From assembly GCF_964355755.1 (NCBI RefSeq), contig NC_092679.1, positions 10,399,432-10,463,431 of the forward strand: DNA of 64,000 nt, written 5' to 3'. Below the pieces are notes generated by a model. That model was not told where the DNA came from. It made no database searches and saw only the letters and a program-made list of their open reading frames with translations. The DNA is from Antedon mediterranea (lineage: Eukaryota > Animalia > Echinodermata). The position numbers were made by a program, and so were the translations under genes. Numbering within the stretch: the first letter of the stretch is position 1; every line of letters starts with the position of its first letter. Shown piece after piece: positions 1-11,900 of this stretch.

Positions 1-1958
1 CAAGAATCAATAGACGTTAGATCTTTTTGAATATTTGGGTCTGAATCCCTAGTGCAAACATTGCGAAAAATGAACACATCATCAGCGTATTGTATAATAC
101 TAGATGTAATGTATAGATGAAGGTCATTAGCATACATGACAAAAAGCAACGGACCCAAAACAGACCCTTGCGGCACGCCTGATTTAACAGGCAACCAGTC
201 TGAAGATTTGCCTTTATATACAACACGCTGTACACGATTTGATAAAAAAGAAGTTATCCAGCTTAACGCAGTGTCATTGATATTGAATGTCAACAATAGC
301 TTGCGGAGAAGAATATCGTGGGATATGGTATCAAACGCACGGCTGAAATCCAAAGTAATAAGGTCAACGGCTGGCGTTTTCGAATCAAGTGCACGTAACC
401 AGTCAGTGGTTGCCGACACCAAGGCTGTGGTACAGGATCGACCAGGAAGAAAGCCGTGTTGATGACTCGCCAACAGGCTGTTACTTTGGCAGTGGTTAAG
501 AATTTGTTGGAAAACAAGTTTTTCCAACATCTTGCACATCACCGACGTAAGAGACACTGGACGATAATTAAGTAAGTTACTTTTGTCACCCTTTTTGAAT
601 ATAGGAACAACATTTGCACGCTTCCACAAAGTAGGAATTTTACCACATAACAGCGATTGATTAAAAAAGTGTGTGATAGCCGGAATAATTACCGGACAAG
701 CGAGTTTAAGCATCCGAACAGTCACACCATCAGGACCAGAAGCTTTATTAGCTGCGAAGTTTTTGATAACAGATTCCACCTGACAACGTGAAAGATGAAA
801 ACCGGCAAGAGATGGAATGTCCAAAGTTGGTGAAGTGAGGCTCACATAATTAGGGGAGTCACTAAAAAAACTCACAAACAACTTGTTAAACTCGTTGGCG
901 ATTTGAGTAGGTTGTCTTATGGTATTGCCGTTAACCACAAAGGAGTCAATGAGTTGAGATGACTTTCGCTTGCTTTTTATAAAAGACCAAAATGACTTCC
1001 GGTTATCTTTCTTTCTAAACAGATTGGTAATGAAGTCACTGTATGCTTTCTTAGACGCGTTGCGTACTTTATTTCGTATACATTTGTATTTATTCCAAGC
1101 CAAAGTACTGCTTACTCTACGAGCTTTTTTAAACAGAGCCCGTTTCTCAAGAATAAGTCTATAAACCACAGGCGATATCCAGGGTTTGGCTTTTTTACGG
1201 GATCGACGAACTGGAATACTATCATTGACACAAGCTAGAAGGAAATCCGAAAACTGATCCCATGCCACATTGATGTCAGTGAAATCAATTAACTCCCATG
1301 GAGTCAACAAAATTAGGCTCTGATAATGTTCAACGTCTGCTTTATGATACTGATAACTTTCACGGACCACGTTGGGAAGTTTTCCAGGAGATCCGCGAAT
1401 TCTAAACGTTACCATGTGATGGTCAGAATTGGCAAGACCTGCATCAATTTTTACTTCACACAATCGATCAGGACGGGAAGTAAATATAAGATCAATTATT
1501 GTATTAGAACTAAAATCATTTGATGATCTAGTTACGTCAAGAACTAGTTGATCAATACACATAGCATCTGCTAAAGACTTTAGGTTAGTTTTTAAGGGAG
1601 TATTGACATTATGCGAATAATCAATGTTAAAATCTCCCTGCAAGATGACGCCTGCATAGGAATCCAAATCCAGATTAACCAGAATATCCTCTAATTTGTC
1701 GATACTCCCAATCTCAGTAGGAGGTCTGTAATATGCTCCACAAATCCATTTTTCTGATCCTACAATCATTTGAACAAATATAATTTCAGTTGTTACATTT
1801 TGCGGAAGCTCAATAATAGAAGGAGAAAGATTATTTGCAACCGCTAACATCACACCACCTCCATGGCGATTTCTGTCCTTTCTAAATATCGTGTAACAAT
1901 CAGTATCCAAGATTAATGAAGATGGTAAAGTAGAGTCTAGCCATGTTTCAGTAACATG
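1..1958 (-). mobile_element. 5'-truncated CR1/L2-group LINE, ORF2 (APE endonuclease + reverse transcriptase), runs off the left edge
   Basis: Minus translation gives APE motifs VTETWL, FRKDRNRHGGGV, YYRPP, GDFN and RT motifs RPVSLTS, QHGF, LDFSRAFD, GVPQGSVLGPLLF, YADD (Y at 89-87). The V codon at 1955 and YADD share a frame; absence from the ORF track fits an ORF with no stop before the edge. Confidence 0.93.
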
Positions 1959-2915
1959 TTTTCTCAACACAAAAATATAATGCGCTCCAATGCCATGCAT
2001 CTCTGTAAAGATATAGAAATATTGTCTGAAGCAATCAATTTATTACATACACAGTATGGAAAGGAACATCAAAGGAATGAGAGAATTTTGAATTGATAAT
2101 GTACAAATTGCAAAATATACAGTAAAAGTAAGTTAGTAACATTCAGTGTTTAGAAAACAAACATTGAATACATGATATAAATTTACCTTTCACGAATTGG
2201 AAATATCAGATATTTCTTGTCTGCAATGTCACCAGGAAGTGACTTTTTCAGATAACTTTTCATTGTCAATTTGTTTTGGATAAACTGTGAATCTACAGCT
2301 GTAAATATGTGAGTATCAGCACATGGATACTCGTGTTGTAGGTGCCTGTTAGTATAAAATGTGGGTAAAAGTTGAGTGTTAACAAAGTACAGATAAAAAT
2401 AACCAAATGGTTTTTCACTTTTGGTGATGAGTAAGCTTGATGCAATTATGAAATCATGGTCAAATAAGCACATTTCAATCATTTGACAGTATTATTATAT
2501 ACAATTTACACAGTGCTACACAACACATTTATTACATTTTACAAAACAATTCAAACCGTTGCAAACCAAGTTAGAATTTATTCTCCACTGATTGTTAGGG
2601 CGTTTGTTGTATGGGAGAATCTATGATGATACTGTCTTTGGTTATGCAGTCTAACAGTACACTTGCCCTGTAAGTGAGAGGTCGCAGGTCCGAATTCTGC
2701 CAGACACGTTTTTTATACAATAACAAAAAACTTTCAGTAACATGAGATCATGTTTTCGAAAATGAGCACTTCCCTACCTTACATAAAAATCCACAATGGC
2801 ACTGCTTATTCCAGCATTAAGGTTGGTTGAATTGATGTCTGTCATTTTTATATTTACAGATTTGGTTCTGGCAGTTGACTCTTTCCTTTTTGAAATAGGA
2901 GGCCATTGTAACAAG
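1948..2915 (-). CDS. Exons 17-19 of the minus-strand gene: N-terminal half of a Ulp1/SENP-like (peptidase C48) domain
   Basis: VNIKMTDINS...ISSAIVDFYVRHL...HIFT...DIADKKYLIFPIRERDAWHWSALYFC follows the Ulp1 pattern (IxxxD..., IIDFY, FIPI...HW); the sequence switches to LINE right after the HW strand. Confidence 0.72.
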
Positions 2916-5900
2916 CTGAAAACAAATGTAAAATAATATTTTTAAGGAAATAAGAATTTAAAATCATACATAAATTACTGAAAGGAAAGAATAACCAAAT
3001 ATAATTTAAACCTACTCAAAATCTTTGTCCACTATACAACATACAAAATCCTCATCTTCCTTGAAAACATTGCTGGCCACACCAGCACACACACAGTGGT
3101 ACCATGCCTGGCACTTTCCACAGCAAATCATCTCTTTATTGGTAGATGTGTGTCCTGTATCAATGACACAAAGGCCCAACTTCTTTGCAACACACTGACT
3201 ACCCAGGACATCTTGGAACCAAGTTGTCTTTGCAGCAGGTCTTCTCTTTTTTCGAGTCTTTATATCTGTAATTACCAATAATATTGTCATGTCTGTTAAC
3301 AGATTAAAAAAAAGGAAACAATTGTCGTATTTAATTGGGAACTTTCGTGTCCAACAGAAAATTCATTGAGCACTTTTTGCATAATTACTCAACCACTGAC
3401 AGAAAAATTTACCAGCAATGGGTAGTAATGGTACTACATGGTTGATGAGTCTGGACTCTGATAAAAATCGACACCAAAGAATTCCTATAACAGGGCGTTC
3501 CTCAAATTGGCAACAAGGATAGATGTATTGCTTGCTTCCATCCTCAATTAAATTTTGTATTTCACATCCAGTTGCAATTGAAATGAATTGAACTTGTAAC
3601 ATTCCTTGAATAAGAAAGAAAATTATCAAATTATAACTTGAAAAACATAATTATTAGCAAAGTCATCCACACCCCGAACACCATCAAATTACAAACTATC
3701 AATAATTTTATTGTTCAAAACAGTTCAATTGAGCATTACAGAAGAGATAGAATTTGCTATGGTTACTTAATTTTACTTAATCTTTATTAATACAAATATA
3801 TTTATTGATTTCCAAAGTGGTTCACTAAAGTTCTACAAAACTACAAAATGAAAGTGATACACATTAATAAAACACAAATTCAAGAAATTTGTCTACACTT
3901 CATACAAAAGAAAACTTTTAGAGGAAATCATGGAAGTGAATTGGATTAACGCATCTACTTTGCAGAAAAATAATACTGTAACTGAATTGATAATTATAAT
4001 AATAATGTATACAGTGTGCTGTGGTCAATGTTTTATGGAAAAGGTAAGGTAAAAGTGAGTCCCGTGTTCTCTGAACGTAGGGGAATGGGCTGTTAGGAGC
4101 TCATTGTACTAAACCTCGGCATTATGTGGTAGGATGGCCAGTTCCTTTCCACGCCGCCTTTTTTCTCCCTAGTATTTTCAACCAGGTACTCGTTTACAGC
4201 TGAGTGGACTGGGAGTTGTCGGGAATTGAACCCGGGTCTATCTGTATGACAGTCAAGTGTCCTAACCACTCAGCTATCAACAACTCTTTTTTATGGAACC
4301 TTCCTAAAATTAATTACAATTTTGATCTTTTCTTTTTTATCGCTATTGTTTTAAAGCGGAGTGTGTCTAGTCAAAAAATAAGTATAGATTGATACATTTA
4401 TTAATATTAATAATGTGATATCGACTTTGCAAAAAAATAATTTTTCCAGACAAAATATCTAAAACTAGAGTGTGCATTTCATACAAGGTCTCAGTCTTCA
4501 TATTCATAATAATTATTATTTTTTGCAGCAGTAATCAATTTGCTAAAATATATGAAACACACCTGAATATGCAAAGTTTTTTGCCAGACAAAACAATTCT
4601 GCTTGGATGATGTAGTCTAGCAGCATATCAATTGTAGGATTTTCCTTAGGCCTCATGTCAAAAATTTCAACTGAGGCAGATACAGCTGCTAAAAAGGCTA
4701 CCACCATAGCTATGTCAGCTTCACCATTAGTTGACAAGCCAGTAAGTATCTATTTCAACCAATGAGATAAAATAATTCAAACTTTACTATAAAACACTAT
4801 CAATTACAAAGAAAAAAAAACATGTTTCCACTTACTTATCTTATTTTTAATTAGATTGATTGCACAACTTAATGATTGATATTTTGTTTTACTCAATGGA
4901 TTACATATGAAACAAGATAAATTTATTCTTTATTCATACTTTAAAAAACTAAACATTCCAAGTAATTTTATGGTATGATGGTATATTTGGCAAACAAATA
5001 TTAAGATACAAGTACTGTACATACACAAAATAAAAAATCTTTTATTAATTATAAAAATATAATTAAAAAAACAAATATGTAAAATAATTTTTTTGGTCAC
5101 CAAAATAGTAAATTATCAAGACTTACATGTTGCTTTAGGTGGTTGTAATGTTCTACAGTCCTCTTAATTGCCATAAGGCGTAGTTGACATGGCTTGCCTT
5201 GCTTTCCAAACAAAATACGGGATATTGAATGATAAAGACAATTACCATCCCCTCGGCTTTTTACTGCAACGCAGGACTTTCCATTTACAGAAAAAAACTT
5301 ATTTTGAAATCTGTAGGGTAAGAGTGGAACAAACATTTAGTGTTATAAACATGTACGACAGGCAATTTCTCAGAAAAAGGCTTTGCACACATCATGACTT
5401 TGGTTTGCTCTTTTGTTGTGGAACTTTTTGTATTTTATGATACAAAAAACCTACAAAGTCTAGATATATTTTAGTGATAAGACTCACCTTTCAAATAGCG
5501 CTTCATTTGTTTTATGGGTGATAAGTGAATAACATGGAAGCGTGCCTGGCACCTTTAATGCTATGTCTTTAAATTCTTGAAAGGAATTAACCTGGCAAAG
5601 TTCATTCAAAAGTTTTTCTGCTCTTTTCTGCACATAAATAAAAATTAAATACAAATTTCAATTAGAAAAAAGATATTACACATTATCATATTAAAATCCA
5701 CATAATTATGATGATAAAATATCATAAATAGAAACAATAAAAAATGTAATACATTTAAAGATTTATTTGATTTATAGATTGAATATCATTGATTGCTTTA
5801 AAAGTAAAAAAAGAAAAATTTAACAACATTAAAATTTCTGCTACCTACAAAAATTAAGAACAAAAAAAAACATATTTACTTACCTCATCTAAAATCTCAT

Positions 5901-8900
5901 CATTGTCTCCTTCTTCATGCTGTTTTTAGACAAAATAATTATTTAAAAAATAATGGACGAGAAAAAAACTATTTTTACCCTGAAATTTGGGGTAAAAATG
6001 TCAACATAACTGAATATTGTTTGACGGTTTGCAAGGGGAAGAATATGTATTAAATATTGTTTGCGGTAGCACCACGTATTAGTTCAATTAAGAACTTATG
6101 TGTTAATTGAACTAATACGTGGTGCTACCGCAAAAAATTATTTTAATAACATAACTGAAGTCATATATTCTTTAATATTTTAATTAATTAATTAATAATA
6201 AAGTAATAAAAAGTGTGTACAGTAATTAACCACAAACATTTTACTCCCACAGTTTATCATTTAAGATCAAATAATTAGATTTGGATTTGATCTTGGAATG
6301 GCACAGGAAGTGTAAATAGGGTGTGGTCTCTAACCTACAAACAATAAAAGAATTGTTTACCTCTTCATCTTCATCATTCTCTGTTTCTACATCTTCGTTG
6401 ACTTCTTCTTTATGCTATTCAAGTTAAAATGTAAATAAATTCATAAAAAACCATAACATATCTACTACAATGTTTCAGTTGCTTAATATTCCAAATTTAA
6501 TATTTTAATTAATCGATGAATAATAAAGTTATAAAAAGTGTGTACAGTAATTAACCACAAACATTTTACTCCCACAGTTTATCTTTTAAGATCAAATAAT
6601 TAGATTTGGACTTGATACTGGAATGGCAGAGGAAGTGTAAATAGGGTGTGGTCTCTAACCTACAAACAATAAAAGAATTGTTTACCTCTTCATCTTCATC
6701 ATTCTCTGTTTCTAAATCTTCGTTGACTTCTTCTTTATGCTATTTAAGTTAAAATGTAAATAAATTCATAAAAAAACCATAATATATCTACAGTACTACA
6801 ATGTTTCAGTTGCTTAATATTCCAATTTAATATTTTAATTAATCAATGAATAATAAAGTTATAAAAAGTGTGTACAGTAATTAACCACAAACATTTTACT
6901 CCCACAGTTTATCGTTTAAGATCAAATAATTAGATTTGGACTTGATACTGGAATGGCACAGGAACTATAAATAGGGTGTGGTCTCTAACCTACAAACAAT
7001 AAAAGAATTGTTTACCTCTTCATCTTCATCATACTCTGTTTCTAAATCTTCGTTGACTTCTTCTTTATGCTATTTAAGTTAAAATGTAAATAAATTCATA
7101 AAAAAACCATAATATATCTACTACAATGTTTCAGTTCCTTAATATTCCAATTTAATATTTTAATTAATCAATGAATAATAAAGTTATAAAAAGTGTGTAC
7201 AGTAATTAACCACAAACATTTTACTCCCACAGTTTATCGTTTAAGATCAAATAATTAGATTTGGATTTGATCCTGGAATGGCACAGGAAGTGTAAATAGG
7301 GTGTGGTCTCTAACCTACAAACAATAAAAGAATTGTTTACCTCTTCATCTTCATCATTCTCTGTTTCTAAATCTTCTTTGATATCTTCTTTATGCTATTC
7401 AAGTTAAAATGTAAAAAATTTCATTAAAAAAACCATAATATATCTACTACAATGTTTCAGTTGCTTAATATTCCAAGTCCTTATCTATTACAGTTAATAA
7501 AATTTTCATATTTATGAGAGCTTCAATACAAACACATGACAAATTATAGTAATTAATTTATTCACTTACCCTTTTATATGCCTCACTATTTTTGTAGCTG
7601 TCTACAATGCGAATCAAGTCTCTTTTTGTTAACATACTTCCATCTATAAACATTTATTCTGTTACTTACAATTTATACAATAATCAAGTTTTTGATTCAA
7701 GAAGAGAGTGATGGATTTGCTTTGTTATATTGAGATAGCAGAAATGTTCTAGTTGAATAGCCTTAATAGAGTGGTGGATAGCTAGCCAAAAAACTGTCAT
7801 ATAGATATCAACAAGATTTCTTGAAGATGATACTATGTGAGAAAACATTAAAAATTAACCCAAAAAATAACATTTTTACACCCTAATCTGTTAATTTTTT
7901 TATTAGAATTTTTAATCAGTAGTTTTACTAAAACTTAAAATGGCAATGGCCATAATGTCATCACATTGTTTGTTTTTTTCATAGTATGTGCGAAAAATGT
8001 CAGCCCATATCAATTTTGCATAAAAAGTATTACCATACTTATTTGAGTGTTGTTTAATCAAATAAATATATGGTTATCAAATTTGCATTCCTTTATGATG
8101 AATTAGTTCAAAGTGATTTGCAAGTTAAAAATCATTGAATATTTATTTAGTTTAAGCAAAATAAAAATATTAAATATACAGTACAATACCTTCTGCTTTG
8201 TGAGTGGGTGAGATAAATTTTATGTTTTCAGGCCACCAATCTGGCTTATTATTAGCTAAATATACAGATTCACCTACCAGTGAGGGACCTAAACATCAAA
8301 ATTAAAACAATATATATACAATATTAAAGAATTTCAGGCATATGGGATAACCCATGAAAAAGGAGGATATATACTGCAAAATAAAATAAAATTAAACGTT
8401 AACAGTAGAGAAAATCCGAACTTGATTGAAAAAATAGATTAAGAGACAACTAGAAGATATTTCGAATATCTGCAGACGGTACCGTTTCGACCTTTCGGGT
8501 CTCATCAGTGCAGAGCAGGATAGAAATATTGTAATGGATTGAAAAAATAGATTAAGAGCCAACTGGATGGAAGATATTTTGAATATCTGCAGACGGTACC
8601 GTTTCGACCTTTCAGGTCTCATCAGTGCAGAGCAGGATAGAAAATCAATGCATGTCCACTAGACTAGCTTAAGCAGGGCCTAGACCAGCCCATGCAGTGT
8701 ACATTGTAATGATGTGTGTGGCCAAATCAGGACACTTTATATACATCACTCAGGTGGATGCGAATTAATTATATTTGTTATATTAATTAATTATAATTTT
8801 AATTATACAATATTATATAGCTCGTAGTGAAATTAAATATGAAGTCAACTTAGTTCACCTCATTATTGTTTTATTTTTGCAATAAAAAGCTTACCTATTT

Positions 8901-11900
8901 CAGTCACTAGCCTCACAACTATCCCCCTTAAACGCATTACGGAGAGTCCAATAGTTTCTTCCTTCAATAAATTATTTAATGTTTTGTACTCACAATGCAC
9001 AGCTTTTTCCTTCTTTCTCATCTCAAATACATAATCTCCTGTTGTGAAAAATGATGAAATCTACTTAAAAACATTTGATAAAGAGCAGCAAATTAAGGTA
9101 ACAGCTATATATTGGTTCTTTAAAGAGTAATGTCACACTTTAACCTACCATGATTTTTACCATCAAGTAGGGCATTATGAACCCCTACTTCAATACTACT
9201 TCTAACCTTTTGGAACACATCACAAATCTCGTTTGAACCTGCAGTAAATGAAATATAATAAATAGAATAAAATAAATCTGTGTTCCAATGAAATATAAAG
9301 TTGAGAAATGTCTTCCAGAATAGTGTGGACTTTATCATACAATTCATCTTTTTTTTTAAAAGTAACATACACACTGTACTATAATACATATATAATATAG
9401 TACTTTATAAGACTGCATGACTAGTATTAGACTAACCATCATATTTCACTATAATGTAATAAAGCTATCCCCATAAGGTTTATCGCAAATACCATTCAAT
9501 CAAGAGGGTGCTGCATGGTTTTTTTATTTATTTTTTAAAATTTTATTTCATCTTCATCCAACAGCGACCAAAGTCGCCCATAATCAATAAATATAATTTA
9601 TATAGATAATTAATTAAAGCCCCATTCCCTACGTTTTTTAGATCTAATTTAAGATCACAAACTATATTTAATGTAAAAATAATACTATATGGTCCTATTG
9701 CGATAACTTTTTTCGTGTTTAAACGGTTAAAAATGTGAAAAATAAGTCGATTCTAATAATTATAGCGGCCCGCTATAAATCCCAAAATGCATTGCGCGCG
9801 GATTGATATTTTTGTTTTTCACCTGTAATTCGCCCACTTTTCGATCGATCGTGAGGCCAAAACAAATGGAAGACTCCTAACTTTTCAGCGAAAATACCGG
9901 GTTTTCCTCAATTTGTATCAACGGAGTCTGGCAAAAATAGAAAGACAATTAATGCAGCAACTATACAACGTCAGGCTAGGTATATAGCTAGCGTACGATG
10001 TTCGTACGTTACCGATGTTTACCAGCTAGGCCTACAAAACTAAGCCTAGCTAGGCTAGGCCTAAGACCGTCCACGAGAGGTCGATCACCGCGAGCTACTT
10101 AGGTAGTGCATTGTTTTTCACTTTTTATCATAATTTACCATAAAACGTACATTTAAGACAAGGAATGACATGGTTTAATGTTTTTAAAGTGATATATATG
10201 TATTATTTTCCAAAAAACGTCCAAAATTGCAGGGAAGGGGTCTTTAAACAACACAATTAGCTAAAATTACAGGTAAATCAATACGATAGCAAATTATCAT
10301 AAAGAAAGTAATTAAGTAGATGTAATAGCAACAGTAATCTTACAACGAAAACAATAAATAGTATCACAAAAAATATCAATAAACAGATTACAATAGCAAA
10401 CAGAATTAAATAATCTAGGAAGACGACAGATCCAACCATCCCTAGTTACATTAACCCTTCCCGGTGGAACAAAAAATAACCCAGGATTTCTTAATCTATA
10501 AACAGGAAAGTTTAAAATAAGAAATAAAGTTACCATCAACAACAGAGTTCATACATTTATACAAGAAAATTAAATCCAATATATTCCTTCTATCTTTAAG
10601 TAAAGCTAACTCAGGATTTTGACCAAATTTACGGAAATAAAATCTACAAAACTTATTTTGAACACGTTGTAACCTAATAGACTAGAAGAAGAAATTGAAT
10701 TAAAAATAACAGAGCAAAACTCAAGATTAGACCGAACTAAAGATTTATTTTATCAATGGTGGGATTGATTTGGGGGAAAATCAACCCGAAAGCCATGCTG
10801 TTTATGAAGGGAAACAATGTAAGAATCAGTGGACAATGCAATGTAAATGACAATTAACGGTCACCACCACCTAAGATTATGATATATTTAGACTTCCAGG
10901 CCTAGAGGGGCCTAGTTCTAGTACTAGGCTAGTCTAATAATGCTACTGCACTATCACTTACACGAAAAATAAAACAGTTTGATGATGCGATCAAGCCAAT
11001 ATCTCTTCATTGATGAAAGGTTTTTGGCCCCAAAACCTTTCAATCACCGTACATCGTACTCTTATTTGCAATATACCTTGTTGTTTATACTTACCAGAAA
11101 ATTGCAACTTTCCATCTAGAAATGCAACTGTTGCAATAGGAAGGTTCTTTGAAATACTATTTGTCTGGAAACAAATAGAAATTGTTACATTTGTCAAATT
11201 GTTAACACATAGTTTATCTTTCTTATACTTACTAATTAGTAATATTATATAGGACCTACTGTACTAACAACAGATAGTCCTTAGGCCTAGACTATTGTCA
11301 TTTGTAAAAAGTGCTTTTTTTGGAGGATGATGAGGCCCCTATTTACTGTAAAAAACCTTTAAAATGATTATTTTAGGCCTGAAATTAATTCTATATAATA
11401 ATATATGGCAATGTATATAATAAAGTTACAGAGCAAAAAATAAATAAAATGGATGGCCTAAGTCATGTAAACATTATTCTACTGCAGTTACTGCAGTAAT
11501 GACAATTTTCACTTTAAATTACCTATTTAGGCCTAGGTCTATTCAATTATTTCCATAAAACTATATCGTCCAAAACTTAAAGGAAATCTGATGTGCAGGG
11601 TCTTTTTTTACCATCAGAGCCATACATCACTGGAATTCTCTGGTCTGCCTAATTAATTATTTAATTAATATAATACAAGCCTCTTCAGTCAGTGAACATC
11701 TTTAGGTCTAGAATTGACAACTATTTTCAGCTAGAAATGGAAACTAAACTATTTCCATCAAACATTAAGTTAAGTTAAGTTAAGCCTTTTTTTGGATAAA
11801 TAGGCTAGGCCTACTAACTAGGCTAGGCTTCGGCCTAATTTTAATGCATTGTTTTTTAATAATATTCTGCCTAATAAATGTCTGCATTTAAACATTGCAA

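Larger units (their letters stand above)
8400..8770 (-). mobile_element. Penelope-like element pseudo-LTR remnant or retrozyme-like repeat
   Basis: Partial tandem duplication (117-bp period) carrying hammerhead motifs, the usual Penelope-like arrangement; no RT or GIY-YIG ORF seen; boundaries approximate. Confidence 0.55.

Noticed and set aside
3012-3290. Stand-alone 92-aa PHD protein
   Set aside because: The TAG overlaps a donor (GA|gtaggt) and flanking exons join in phase, so it is an internal exon.
4205-4288. tRNA-Asp gene (also tRNA-like heads near 2640-2705, 21150-21234, 41536, 54076, 58735)
   Set aside because: Heads run into SINE bodies and tails or are degenerate; no convincing standalone cloverleaf with a Pol III terminator.
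11612-11648. Alternative exon 2 of the minus gene (ADQRIPVMYGSD, phase 0 to 1)
   Set aside because: Phase fits, but the acceptor is poor and there is no motif support; exon 11095-11164 has stronger sites and fits the NRF1-like pattern.
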